The notes beneath the pieces were generated by a model, which worked only from the letters and a program-made list of their open reading frames with translations, was not told the DNA's origin and did no database searches. Shown here piece by piece: positions 27,501-36,965 of a stretch of 64,000 bases of DNA. Position numbers and translations under genes: made by a program. Origin of the DNA: an uncultured virus (IMG/VR IMGVR_UViG_3300033069_001311) (lineage: Duplodnaviria > Heunggongvirae > Uroviricota > Caudoviricetes); the IMG/VR virus record IMGVR_UViG_3300033069_001311; one strand, 5' to 3'. Position 1 is the first letter of the stretch; each line of letters opens with the position of its first letter.

Positions 27501-27715
27501 ATGTTTGTCGAAAGCGCGTTGGTCGAATCCCATCGGTAAGCCCGCGCCGGACCCCAATCGCCGGGAGTCGAATATCCTTGAACCTCGACATGAGGCTGGG
27601 TTGTGCCCGGGTAAATACTAGTCAACGCCGAAAGCGTGGAGATGACACGGGTAGGCGCCTGCGCGAACGCCGGGAGGGCGAGCCCAAGAATCAAAAACCA
27701 GACGGTTCGCGTCAT
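24572..27715 (-). CDS. tail spike with signal peptide, LamG/lectin-like and glycoside-hydrolase-like domains
   Basis: start MTRTVWFLILGLALPAFA-QAP; attachment module; LVVLTW...AFVDG..V..WNGHI (LamG-like); C-terminal IQHDD barrel-like region. Confidence 0.7.
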   Translation of the reverse strand: MTRTVWFLILGLALPAFAQAPTRVISTLSALTSIYPGTTQPHVEVQGYSTPGDWGPARAYRWDSTNALSTNMWRIATRNGIGRWVWDGYGEAGSLSVSSTSERDAIPLRRRTEGMVVYVSGPPATAYRLDAGLASWTQIPLVSDPDWNTVSDLPTQNEVFQKVSTYAVPLTIRQSSPAVLTGFVRNSEAFDPDLGSHVSSNVLRAFPLTFGSVPGVAALIERAGTNFAFAGFPAGQLNPVRMTVSTNVMAGPFGTDIPAMSYTDTGVTNSHYIYFNQGPANSAPVQFGVLFKPLNPTNLTFNLQLAADTNFAWFSEIKATLDGSSLTPTVTRTSAGPVTFHDGAFLRLDRGWCYAWMNVTLTNAPVARAFFGANIGLATAGVTSSPSFYTAGYNYSSSPAALETPIYPMSKTNGTQILYKPQDTYAYTIRQPIKAGEGSLILWLRNGFKQPTNATLLESGSLRVEMTRSALGVAMPDQGSGVSLSASVPELTPLGQRLVVLTWSTNGLRAFVDGALVGSSSPPTGAFNFSYSGVVGRATADTNHWNGHIAAAYLGTTLTDDEVSYLPKVVGPTEELATFESLASRTQTDLEAPIPLNEVVWSPRFIGDGNYPYNATNKAKELHATASMWMYISGRESRLSGLREVTPLLGAAFNPSLTQNTNALEIDYNTGQYIKPTWYVNANTWHGCANRPTYRQAVVDALSAYYNLGIRHIQHDDPAINYILALPYLQYLYGTGSALGTVGAVSYGCVCPSCVADAAATGYGTLTTSNLRAYQTQTTINYWEWLGGAVRSNADLKISANLSPTTAIYADGYTSDRFHYPLIEVSLTNTYPDKLIADWVSFNGRPLISTYSVNTLPSYEADFGASDRTRRWMAGSYAMGFLPTLPWDVYNGDPVVRTYAGRASIVDISGFVRARGEQLLRGYSLSGAVGQTTSIPADKTVAAWASTNQVLVVVRYRPSDGRRVIHCVDFRDTPASFTLSYWTPILGAGAATIYQPAAYNLSDQNYAVSSGDFTRLSTSTVATVATSNSVATISMDAGLWRIVEVQP

Positions 27716-27782
27716 GCCCCGATTCTGCCCGAATTCCCGGAATCCGCTACCATTTTCACTCCGCCCGAGGTAACCTCCCAGA
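27716..27782. promoter_or_regulatory. divergent promoter region (tail spike / portal)
   Basis: TAACCT 6 nt before portal ATG; CAGAAT 6 nt before ATG on - strand. Confidence 0.4.
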
Positions 27783-29933
27783 ATGCTATCGGCTATCGAC
27801 CTCGTCAATATGAAACTCGATCCGGCGTCCCTGCGCGTGCGGTTCGACCGAGATCGGAGTCTCATGTCGGTGGCCGAACAGAAACTTTGCGACCGGTGGC
27901 GGCAACGGGTACAGGGAGGCCGAGACTTTAACCTATTGCACTACAAGGTCTTCCTCGCCATCGACCGGGCGCTCGACTCCGACTTCTACCAGACGACCCA
28001 GACCCTCATTGGACTTCTGAAGGACCTCGCCGGGGCGAAGGATCAGGAGGCGGCCCTCTCGGTCGTCAATACGTGGAACATGCCCCACCTCCTGGAAGAC
28101 GACGTCGACCCGAAGACCGGGCTCTCGACCGGGAAGAAGCGCCTCTCGCTCCCGGTCCTGTCGCAGGTCGTGATCTCGATCGCCCGCGCCTACACCCAGA
28201 ACCGGGCGGCCCGAATCGTGAACGAACGCTCCTCGATCCCACTCTTCAAGTACGAGCCGGCATTCACGACGGACGAGAACAAGCTCTTCTGCGAAGTGAT
28301 CACCCAGGCGGTCGATCAGATTTCGCGCAACTTCGGGTACGCGCACACGCTTTCGCAGGCGGTCCAGGGGGCGGTCAGCTACGGGCAGCAGTTTGCTTTC
28401 ATCGCCGAGGAGTGGTGTTCCAAGAGCGGTGGGCGAGAAGGACTTAGGTACGTCCTGCCCCACCCCAACCGCACGTACTTCGACACCAGCTTCCCGACAT
28501 CATCCCTCAACACTGAGACCGGGCTCCGGTACTGCGGGTACTGGGAGGTGACGACCTATGGAACGATGCGCCTGAACGCCGGCTACTGGAATCGGGACCG
28601 TATCCGCCAGAGCTACAAGACCTTGGACACGAACCTCAGTGTTTTCCTCCAGACCACGGGCGCCTGTACCCTCGCCCATTGGCCGAGCGCCGGGAACGGA
28701 GCCTTCGTCAGCCAGCTCGACCGAGAAGCCGCGAATGAACTCAACTTCCTGACCGCGGCGCAAGACGACCATCCGGTCTTCAAGAGCGAGCACTTCGAGC
28801 TGGTCAACCCCCGGGTCGACTTCGACGATACGACGATGCCGGATCAAGAGTTCTGGTTCCGGGTGGTGCTGGCGTCCGACGACACCCCACTCTATGTCGC
28901 CTGTCTCCCGGGCCGCCCGGCGACGGTCTTCCAGTACGAACCGAACGACAGCCGGATCATTCAGTCCGGTCTCACGATACAAGTCCTTCCGTACCAGGAC
29001 CATGCCTCGAACTTGGTGACGCAGGGTATCCTGTCGATCAAGCAGAATCTCGCCAACTTGAACATGATCGACAGCGACATTGTCGATCCGGAGGTCTTCA
29101 AGAGGGACATCGCCAATCCAAACGAGACCCTCTACCGGAAGCTCAACTTCAGCTTCTATTCTGGCCGGGATCTGGAGAAGCGAGGCAAGAGTCCCGAGCA
29201 GGCGGTCTACAGCTTCCGCTTCACGCCCCTCGACCCGAGCGGGCATCTGGCGATGATCCAGCAACTCCTGACGATCCTTGAACGGGTAACCGGCATCTCG
29301 GCGCAGGAAGTCGGGTCCCAGGCATCACACGAGCAGACCCGGTTCGAGCAGGTCCGCATCCACGAGGGGACGTCGCAGCGGTACGAGTTCATCGCCGCCA
29401 ACACCGACCGGGCGATCGAAGCCTGGAAGAGCCAGCTCTACACCTACTGGACCGCGTACGGCCGGGCGGAAACCCTCGCCATGATCTCGCCGGAGTTGGT
29501 GGCACAGGCCGAGGCTTCGGGATTTACGATCGTGGGGCAGGGCCCGAAGGGTGCGCTCATGAAGGCGCCAGCGAACCGGGTGCGAGTCGAGAGCTTCACA
29601 GCTCAGCGAGATGGCCCGAACCGCGTCAATTGGAATGAGATCGGGGCGCAGATGCTCGGGCTCATGTCGACCCTCGCCGCCTCGCCGGAGATCATGGCCG
29701 GGCAGAACGTCATCAAGATGTTCAACATGGCTTTCGAGGCGCTGGGTATGCCGAAGAGTTTCCGGCTCGAAGAGCCCCCGCAGGCGACGCCGGACATCCA
29801 GAGCTACATCACGGAGCAGCTCCAGGAATTCGCGAATCAGGCGAAGGGTTACGTGCGCGAGGAACTCCAAACCCTGCTCACGACGCTGGCGGCGAATGCG
29901 CCGACGGCGGTGTCCCCGATGCCGGTCACATGA
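27783..29933 (+). CDS. portal protein
   Basis: 716 aa; ERVTGISAQEVG...QTRFE segment resembles P22-like portal; no other portal candidate in window. Confidence 0.7.
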   Translation: MLSAIDLVNMKLDPASLRVRFDRDRSLMSVAEQKLCDRWRQRVQGGRDFNLLHYKVFLAIDRALDSDFYQTTQTLIGLLKDLAGAKDQEAALSVVNTWNMPHLLEDDVDPKTGLSTGKKRLSLPVLSQVVISIARAYTQNRAARIVNERSSIPLFKYEPAFTTDENKLFCEVITQAVDQISRNFGYAHTLSQAVQGAVSYGQQFAFIAEEWCSKSGGREGLRYVLPHPNRTYFDTSFPTSSLNTETGLRYCGYWEVTTYGTMRLNAGYWNRDRIRQSYKTLDTNLSVFLQTTGACTLAHWPSAGNGAFVSQLDREAANELNFLTAAQDDHPVFKSEHFELVNPRVDFDDTTMPDQEFWFRVVLASDDTPLYVACLPGRPATVFQYEPNDSRIIQSGLTIQVLPYQDHASNLVTQGILSIKQNLANLNMIDSDIVDPEVFKRDIANPNETLYRKLNFSFYSGRDLEKRGKSPEQAVYSFRFTPLDPSGHLAMIQQLLTILERVTGISAQEVGSQASHEQTRFEQVRIHEGTSQRYEFIAANTDRAIEAWKSQLYTYWTAYGRAETLAMISPELVAQAEASGFTIVGQGPKGALMKAPANRVRVESFTAQRDGPNRVNWNEIGAQMLGLMSTLAASPEIMAGQNVIKMFNMAFEALGMPKSFRLEEPPQATPDIQSYITEQLQEFANQAKGYVREELQTLLTTLAANAPTAVSPMPVT

Positions 29934-32900
29934 CCTCGATGCTCCCGTCGATCGGGAGCAATTGCCAGACGTGATGCTCGTCGGGGTACGCGGGAGAACC
30001 CCCGGCGAGCGAGTCGACGGTAATCGAATCCCCGGCTACGACGCTCACCCACTTCGGGCGGGCCGTCGCATTCGGGAGAACGAGGGGCGAATTGTAGTCG
30101 AGACCCATCCCGAGCCCCAACCTCGTGCGCGGCCCGGAACTGTCGATCGCTCGATCCTCGGACAGGAGGCGCCGGCACGGGAGACAGAGAACCTTCGCCG
30201 TCAGACCGGCCCGGGCGAGGACCGTGGCCGACCATAGCGCCTTCGGAGAGCCTGAGCCCAGAATGAACTCCCCGAGGAACCGGTCCATCGAATCGGCGAT
30301 CGGTCCGGATGTCGGGCCTGTCGTCCTCAGACTCACGTCTGGGCCGGGGATGTTGCGCGTCACGAGCGACGCCCGGATCGGGCGCTCGGCCGCAATCTCA
30401 TAGAACTCCGCATCCGCCGGGGCGATCTGAAGAGTCGTTCCGGTTGACGGGACCGGAACCGGGATGGTCAGGTCCGACCGGACCCGATAGATCGGCGGGA
30501 TCAGGAGACCCGTTCCGGGATCCGCGGCCGGCGTATAAGTGTCTGTCTCCGTCTCGTCGGCACCGGGGTCGAACGTCTCGACGTCGACCGGTTGGACGAG
30601 CCGGACCAGATTGAACGCAAATCCCTCGGCGGACAGCGCGTCGTGGATGTCGTCGGCGGTGCAATACTGCCGGCTGTTCCCGATGTTCGCGTCCCACGAC
30701 CCAGAGCCGCCGAACACCCGCACGTCGTAGTAAAGCGTCTCCCCAAGACCCGACACAATGGGGTAGTACTCGTTGACGGTTAGGCTTTGGTACGCCTGGA
30801 GGTCCGTGCTCGTCGCGGATCGGCGAACCACCCCAGCCGCATCGAGAAGCGCGTCGACAGCGAAGTCGATGGCGTAGATATGGACTGCCCCAAAAGGCTG
30901 GACGTACAGATCCGAGTACCCGAGGTACCACCCGACGCTGCTTCGCACGAGAGACGAGAACGGGAATCCGTCGACGTACTGCTCCCATCCACAGGGGCGC
31001 ACGTGCGACATGCCGGCGATGAGCGCAGAGATTTGGTTGAACGCCGCGGCGTTTACCCGTAACTGGAACCCGGTCCTAAGCTCCGCGGCGCCGATGACGA
31101 CGTTGTCATAGAGATCCGGGCGGGTCGCCTGCCACCCCGACCCGGAATCGAGAACCACATCCGCAAGCCACCCGTGGTCCCGGATCGTCCAGGGCTGGGG
31201 GCCCATCTCAGACTTCCCGGGGTACACCGTAGCCGCCCCCGGCGCCGGGGTGCCTTGATAGAACATCCGCCAGAAGGACATGCCAGAGGAGACTTCCCCG
31301 TCGGGCTCGGCCGCAACCGGCGAGTACGTCCCCGCGTAATTCCATTCCCAGTCCGCTCCGTCCGGGGCGCCCTCCGGGGTCGTCACGCGCCAGTGAGACA
31401 GCGTCCCGCCGGACCCATCGGGAAGCAGCGGGGTCCAGACGATCTCCTCGGCGCCGTAGAACGGGTAGGAAAACCACGACTCCGCCGGCTGCCAACCGAT
31501 GGTCGGGAAGAGGGCGAGCTGCCACCGGGGTTCGGTCAACGTATCCCCGTCTACGGTGCCAAGGCCCCAAACATCGGAGGCCACGTAGATCCCGCGGTCG
31601 TTCCCGTTCGCCCTCGGCGTCACCGGGCCCTCGTCGTCCCACGTGGCGTCGTCGCGGTCGGCCCAGAACGAGACGGACGGATACGCGACGACCGCGGTAA
31701 GGAGAGGCTGCCGAACAAGGGTGCCCGTCGCGGGGAGTGCCGAGGCGACGGTCTTGGTGAACACGTTCCACGCCGACACCGTGCCGAGCGTCGACCCGTC
31801 CCATTCGATCAGGTACTCGCGGGCGGTGTTGACGGTACCCGCGGACCAAGACCCGAAGTAATCCGGATCGGCCGGTCCGCCCAGAGGAGTCCAAACCGAA
31901 TCCGAAATCCAGTCAACCTCCGTGGCGGTGCGCGTCACGTCATACGTCGGCCAAAGGAAGAGCGCCGAGTACCATGTGTCGGCCGCCGTCGCGTCCTCGA
32001 ACCAAGGGAGGACCGTGCGGCTGAAGACCGAGCCGTTGTTCACCGCGACAACGATACCCCCGAGGAGGTTCGAGGTTCGGCTGATTGCGTCGAACTGCCA
32101 TGCGCCGATGCCGGGCGGCACGGCGAACCCCGGATCGACGTCGAGGACCGCGCCCCGAAGGGTGTCGTCCAAAGAAGTTCGGAGGCCCACCGCGGCCCAG
32201 TCTGGCGGGGTCGACGCCAACGTCTCCCCGCTGTAAAGCAGGGTGAAGCGAGTCTGGACGGTCGGGTCGATGGTCGATGTCCGAACGACCTCGAAGGTCC
32301 CCTGGCCCACGATGGCGCTGGCGATCGTGGCTCCGACGCCGACATCCGGGAGCACCGGCTCGACCGTCGCCGAAAACATGCCCGGGTTGTCCGTCAGCGC
32401 ATGCGGTTGGAACATGTACTGAAGGAGCGACTGCCGGAAAATCGGATTGGCGTTCTGGCTCCGGAGCGGAAGGTTCGGCATGCTCGACGTATCCGAATCC
32501 CAGATCGGAATGTCGCCGGGGAGGGCCCTCGGGAAATACCGCCGAAGCGTCGTGTCCCAGGCGCCGGTCCGGGACGTCCGTCTCACGGTCCGCACCCGCC
32601 GAGCCTCGACCGAGATCGTGCTACTCCCGAGGTCTACGTTCACCGAGAACCGGGAGAGGTTGTGGAATCGGACGACCCCGAACTTGTCGTAAGGCCACTC
32701 GAAGTCGGTCGCCGCGGCGGACTCGATGAAGACGTCCGCCACGGCGTACCTATGAAACCTCTCCGGTTCGTACGCCGTCGTGTACTTCAGGGGCCGGGAC
32801 TCCCCGAGGAACGTGCGTTCGAGGATGCTCGGCGTGTCGCCGAAAATGTAGACGTCCGGGGGAGGGAACGCTCCCGTGACGACCCAAGCGACGTCGAGAG

Positions 32901-33225
32901 CATCAGCCCCCGTGATCGTCATTCCCGCAGCCGCGGCCACGTGCGCGGCGTGGTCGTACTTCGCCGGCCAAACGGTTCCGCTTGGGCCGCCCGGGGTTCC
33001 CGGCGCCGGGAGAATGTCGCGGTCGGCATCGTCCGAAATGACGTAGGCCGCACCCACCGGGGGGATCTGCTGGGCCGGGACGAGCGTCGTGTCGAAGGCG
33101 AACCAAGACCGGGAGCCGGCGAATAATCGCCCGATCCGATCGTCAGCCGCGAGGATCAGGGCGTCGAGACCAGACGCCAGAAGCGGGTCGCCGAAAGCTA
33201 CCGTCGGGGGAGTGGAGACGGGCAT
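29926..33225 (-). CDS. virion tail protein
   Basis: 1099-aa acidic beta-rich protein in tail cluster, no signal peptide. Confidence 0.65.
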   Translation of the reverse strand: MPVSTPPTVAFGDPLLASGLDALILAADDRIGRLFAGSRSWFAFDTTLVPAQQIPPVGAAYVISDDADRDILPAPGTPGGPSGTVWPAKYDHAAHVAAAAGMTITGADALDVAWVVTGAFPPPDVYIFGDTPSILERTFLGESRPLKYTTAYEPERFHRYAVADVFIESAAATDFEWPYDKFGVVRFHNLSRFSVNVDLGSSTISVEARRVRTVRRTSRTGAWDTTLRRYFPRALPGDIPIWDSDTSSMPNLPLRSQNANPIFRQSLLQYMFQPHALTDNPGMFSATVEPVLPDVGVGATIASAIVGQGTFEVVRTSTIDPTVQTRFTLLYSGETLASTPPDWAAVGLRTSLDDTLRGAVLDVDPGFAVPPGIGAWQFDAISRTSNLLGGIVVAVNNGSVFSRTVLPWFEDATAADTWYSALFLWPTYDVTRTATEVDWISDSVWTPLGGPADPDYFGSWSAGTVNTAREYLIEWDGSTLGTVSAWNVFTKTVASALPATGTLVRQPLLTAVVAYPSVSFWADRDDATWDDEGPVTPRANGNDRGIYVASDVWGLGTVDGDTLTEPRWQLALFPTIGWQPAESWFSYPFYGAEEIVWTPLLPDGSGGTLSHWRVTTPEGAPDGADWEWNYAGTYSPVAAEPDGEVSSGMSFWRMFYQGTPAPGAATVYPGKSEMGPQPWTIRDHGWLADVVLDSGSGWQATRPDLYDNVVIGAAELRTGFQLRVNAAAFNQISALIAGMSHVRPCGWEQYVDGFPFSSLVRSSVGWYLGYSDLYVQPFGAVHIYAIDFAVDALLDAAGVVRRSATSTDLQAYQSLTVNEYYPIVSGLGETLYYDVRVFGGSGSWDANIGNSRQYCTADDIHDALSAEGFAFNLVRLVQPVDVETFDPGADETETDTYTPAADPGTGLLIPPIYRVRSDLTIPVPVPSTGTTLQIAPADAEFYEIAAERPIRASLVTRNIPGPDVSLRTTGPTSGPIADSMDRFLGEFILGSGSPKALWSATVLARAGLTAKVLCLPCRRLLSEDRAIDSSGPRTRLGLGMGLDYNSPLVLPNATARPKWVSVVAGDSITVDSLAGGSPAYPDEHHVWQLLPIDGSIEVM

Positions 33226-33228
33226 GGG

Positions 33229-33678
33229 TCACGCGTAATAGGCGCCTGACGCAGCGGCGCTCACCGTGAAGGTCCAAGCGATGAGCGTTCTTCCCTGGGT
33301 CTGAACCTCCTCCGGGGAGATGGTCAGAGTGTCCGGGGACCCGCTTATCATCTGGAGAGGGGCGCCGCCTACCAACCCACCCTCCCGACTGGGGCTGAGC
33401 TGGTTCTCCAACCACCGCATCCGGTCGTTCTCGTACGCCTTGTTCTGCTTGTCGAAGTCGTCGAACGCCAAGGTCAGGCTGGTGCCGCCGGTACCCTTCC
33501 CACCCTGCCCCGGGACTGTGATCGAGGTCGAAGGAGTACCGTCGATCTTCGGGTTCTTGGGTTCCTTGAGGGGAGTCGGGTGCTCGCAATCGCCTCCGGA
33601 TGACCGGCGCAGGGCGTCCGATAGGCTAGGTGGCGCCTTGAACGGGGTCAGAAGGAATGGGGCGAAGGCCTTATTCAT
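33229..33678 (-). CDS. hypothetical virion protein
   Basis: 149-aa ORF coupled to neighbouring gene. Confidence 0.65.
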   Translation of the reverse strand: MNKAFAPFLLTPFKAPPSLSDALRRSSGGDCEHPTPLKEPKNPKIDGTPSTSITVPGQGGKGTGGTSLTLAFDDFDKQNKAYENDRMRWLENQLSPSREGGLVGGAPLQMISGSPDTLTISPEEVQTQGRTLIAWTFTVSAAASGAYYA

Positions 33679-35300
33679 ACCGCCTCAACGTTGGCAACGA
33701 TCCTCGACAAGGCGCAAGCCTCGCCGGAGATGACGAGCCGGAAGTACAAAAATCTTCCCTCTACTACGAACCGCCACGGGACTGGGACGCTGGTCGCCGT
33801 GGCACAGGGCACCGCTTTGGTCGAGAGCGAATACCACGTGATCGGGCAGGAGGCGAAGTAGGTGGCTGGCTCAGCCGGGTAGTTGGACTGCCCGACGTAG
33901 AGCCGAATGTCGCCCGCGGTCTGGTCGGCGGGCGTGTGGGCGAGGACGTCCATACGAGTCATCCGCTTATTCTTGTCGGGCAGATCGAACCCGAGGGCGC
34001 CGGACCAGTAAGTCGTGTCGTACTCGTCCTCGGTCCAGTCCTCCGCTTCGGCGTCCCACCGTTCCCGGGTGTAGACGTCAAAGAACCGGGCCTCCTTCAA
34101 AGAGTCGTCCTCGGCACTAGAGAGGATGAGCTGTGTCGGACGGGGGCACTCCTCCGCGATAGAATACCATGTATGAAAAGTCCAAAAGCCGTGGTCGATT
34201 CGGGACACGCAGAGCCGCTCGAAGTCGATGGCATAGGTCGCGGTTGGCACCGTGTCGTCCTCCGACATGGGGTAGGAGATCAGATACTCCAGCGTGTTAC
34301 CGTTGTCGCAGACCTTCCCGACAAAAAGCTGGCACGACGTCAGGTGCTTCTTCAGGTCGGGAGTGCCGACCTTCGTCCACTCCGGCTCCTCTGGGGATGC
34401 TTGGTAGGGCGAATAGACATAGACGCGCCCGTTGTCCCCGAGGTAAATCATATTCCCATCGGGGAGCACGTCGAGAGTACGGGGAGCCCAAAGGCATCTA
34501 TGGCCTGTCGCATTTCGGTAAACCTGTTGAAAGCGATAGACTTCATCGTCACCCGTAGCGACCACGCGCCAGATCGAACGGTCGGTAAAGAGGTAGAGCG
34601 AGTCTCCGGAGACGGCGGCGCCCAGCAGGAACTCCCCGGGGTCGAGATCCTGAAACCCGGCGATGGAGTCGACCCCGGGGTCGACGCTCGTCGGGGCATT
34701 GAAGTCGGACCAGACCGCCCGGTGTCCCACTCGGACGCCGTCCATCACGACGTCGAGATAGAAGACAACCCCACGCCACTCAACGACAAGCTTCGCCGAC
34801 GTCAGCCCGATCGTGTTCGAAAGCGCCGCGACGGCTCCGGTCCGGGAGTTGTACGACCAAAGCGCCTCCGCGGTGTCGCCCCCGAGGCCGCCAGCGAAAA
34901 TGCAAATGTCGCCCAGCGCCGCAATCGAGCGCCGTTCTCCGGCCTCCAGAGCCGGGGGCCCGCCGACCGTCAGCCACGTGCCCTCCAGCTCCGACTCCAG
35001 CGGGCCGGGAGGAACCCATCTCCGGATGGTCGATGAGTTGCAGGCGAGCAGGACTCGGCTACCCCGTTCCTGGCTCCAGGAAAAGATTGTGGTCGCCCCG
35101 TACCCGTGGAGATCCGGGTCGGGGACGTCGTAGCCAGAACCCCAGCGGGTCCACCCGCCTCTCCTGAGCGCAACCTCGGAATCTACAATCACGTTGACGG
35201 AGTCTCGAAATCGTCCCCAAGGAACGGCGTCTGGCGGGTTTTGGCGGTCACTGCACGTGGACGCGGGCCAACTTATGTCTCTCGCTTTACTGCAACTCAT
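33675..35300 (-). CDS. tail tube/nozzle (DNA stabilisation, P22 gp10-like) protein
   Basis: beta-propeller-like pattern (AVWSD, LYLFTDRSIW) typical of podovirus nozzle proteins. Confidence 0.65.
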   Translation of the reverse strand: MSCSKARDISWPASTCSDRQNPPDAVPWGRFRDSVNVIVDSEVALRRGGWTRWGSGYDVPDPDLHGYGATTIFSWSQERGSRVLLACNSSTIRRWVPPGPLESELEGTWLTVGGPPALEAGERRSIAALGDICIFAGGLGGDTAEALWSYNSRTGAVAALSNTIGLTSAKLVVEWRGVVFYLDVVMDGVRVGHRAVWSDFNAPTSVDPGVDSIAGFQDLDPGEFLLGAAVSGDSLYLFTDRSIWRVVATGDDEVYRFQQVYRNATGHRCLWAPRTLDVLPDGNMIYLGDNGRVYVYSPYQASPEEPEWTKVGTPDLKKHLTSCQLFVGKVCDNGNTLEYLISYPMSEDDTVPTATYAIDFERLCVSRIDHGFWTFHTWYSIAEECPRPTQLILSSAEDDSLKEARFFDVYTRERWDAEAEDWTEDEYDTTYWSGALGFDLPDKNKRMTRMDVLAHTPADQTAGDIRLYVGQSNYPAEPATYFASCPITWYSLSTKAVPCATATSVPVPWRFVVEGRFLYFRLVISGEACALSRIVANVEAV

Positions 35301-35854
35301 GGGTAGGCCTCATTAAAAAGCGCCCGGGCTTCTTCTGGGGCAAATCGCCCTAGGCGATCGACGGAAACCAGGGCGTATGCTAACGCCGCGTCTTCCTTTG
35401 TCTTGAAGGTAGACCCGATTGTCTCGGTTACCCCGGAAATGCTAATACAGGCTCTCCACTTATTCCTCACCCGAGACACGCCCCGAAGTCCGTATTTGTT
35501 TTTCCTACCGGGCGACGCGTGGGCGTTTTGGGAGTCCGTACACTCCCGCAAATTGCAAAGACGGTTGTCGGATTTGTTGCGGTTTATGTGATCGAGGACT
35601 CTCTCCGGCCACCTCCCATATACGAGAAGCCATATTAGCCTATGGGCTTTCCAGGTTTTGCGATTAAGCTTAACTTGGACGTATCCGCACGAATCTGTGC
35701 CAGCCGGCTTCCCTACAAGAGGGAGCTGGCGGGCATAGCATTGCGGGGTGGCAAAGTGCTCCCTGGGCCGAAGCTTCCACGTAAGCACGCCCGACGATTG
35801 GTCGTACTCAAAACAATCGGCAAGGTACTCTTGGTTTAGATCAGAACGCGTCAT
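35297..35854 (-). CDS. HNH homing endonuclease with AP2-like domain
   Basis: AHRLIW...DHINRNKSDNRLCNLR; GLRGVS...WRACI; lower GC. Confidence 0.9.
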   Translation of the reverse strand: MTRSDLNQEYLADCFEYDQSSGVLTWKLRPREHFATPQCYARQLPLVGKPAGTDSCGYVQVKLNRKTWKAHRLIWLLVYGRWPERVLDHINRNKSDNRLCNLRECTDSQNAHASPGRKNKYGLRGVSRVRNKWRACISISGVTETIGSTFKTKEDAALAYALVSVDRLGRFAPEEARALFNEAYP

Positions 35855-36953
35855 CAAGAATTTGACTGAACGCCGCAGACACATTCGCCCACGCCCTCCC
35901 CCCATAAAAACACCCTGGGCTCGTCATCTCTTGCAGATTGTCGTAGGCTAATTGTGGGTATGAGCAGGCCGAATAGATCGCCGTCCCGGTACGGCTAACA
36001 GATTCAAGCGGAGTCACCACAGCGACTTTGTGTCCGGCGGTCTTGATCGCCGTCGCTACCGTTTTCGCCGGAGGAGAACAGACCGTCTCGGTTCCTGCGG
36101 TGAAAACCACGACAAGCTTCCTGGAGGCGGTCCGGGCTGACGCGAGGAGAGTCTGTGCCCGCTCCATCGCATCCCCGAGGGCGCAGTCTGCGTAGGCGGA
36201 TGCGAATGGGGCTTCAATATAGGAGTCGGTCCAAGACTGATAGACATAGGGGTGCCCGTCTCCTGTGACCACCAACGCGAATCTGTCGACTCCTTCATCG
36301 TCGTCCCAATCGTTCGTCAACGAGAGCGGAAGCTGCGCCTGTTTCACCAAGTCGTCAAGCACGTCGATCGAAGCTCCGTCTCCAATGGGCCGGTTCGCCA
36401 TCCAGTAGAAACTCGGTACGGCAATCTCAGACCCGGAGAAGGTTCGTACAACCCGGCTCTGATCGGCCGTCTGGCTCCGGCTGGAGATGACGTGGTTCGC
36501 CGCCGACAAATCCAGGACGAAGACCACATCCCATGTAACCGAATCGACGTCCGTCGAATCGAGCACGCTCACCGTGCTCCGAGCCGTGAATCCTTCATAG
36601 GCGCCGTCGACCCACGCCTCGCCGGCAACGAGCCCCCGGACCACGCCGGCAGACTGAGACACGACCTCGGCGACGCCCGTGTCCTCAGCGACCAGCGACG
36701 CGATGTCGGTAACGTCCGCCTCGGTCCCGTCCGAGAACTCCGCCACCACTCGGACATGCCCGCGCCTTCCCGCCACGATCGAGATATTCTCCGGCTCCGT
36801 CCGGACCCCCGTAACGGTCGGCGCGTCGCAGTCGTCCGGGTGGTCGACGGCCCACAACGGATTCCGGCAGGCGCTCACGGTACACGTCGAGTCCGACGCG
36901 ACGGGGTCGCAGGCGTACTCGGTGATGTCGACGGTTCCGGGGGTCGTGCTCAT
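35841..36953 (-). CDS. virion protein with Ig-like and vWA domains
   Basis: FSDGTEADVT...VAEV (Big2-like); DVVFVLDLS ... RKLVVVFTAG (vWA). Confidence 0.75.
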   Translation of the reverse strand: MSTTPGTVDITEYACDPVASDSTCTVSACRNPLWAVDHPDDCDAPTVTGVRTEPENISIVAGRRGHVRVVAEFSDGTEADVTDIASLVAEDTGVAEVVSQSAGVVRGLVAGEAWVDGAYEGFTARSTVSVLDSTDVDSVTWDVVFVLDLSAANHVISSRSQTADQSRVVRTFSGSEIAVPSFYWMANRPIGDGASIDVLDDLVKQAQLPLSLTNDWDDDEGVDRFALVVTGDGHPYVYQSWTDSYIEAPFASAYADCALGDAMERAQTLLASARTASRKLVVVFTAGTETVCSPPAKTVATAIKTAGHKVAVVTPLESVSRTGTAIYSACSYPQLAYDNLQEMTSPGCFYGGRAWANVSAAFSQILDDAF

Positions 36954-36965
36954 TCGATAGTGCGT

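Noticed and set aside
31174..33126. 650-aa + strand ORF and many other long antisense ORFs
   Set aside because: Arg/Gly/Pro-rich shadow frames of high-GC genes with no motifs
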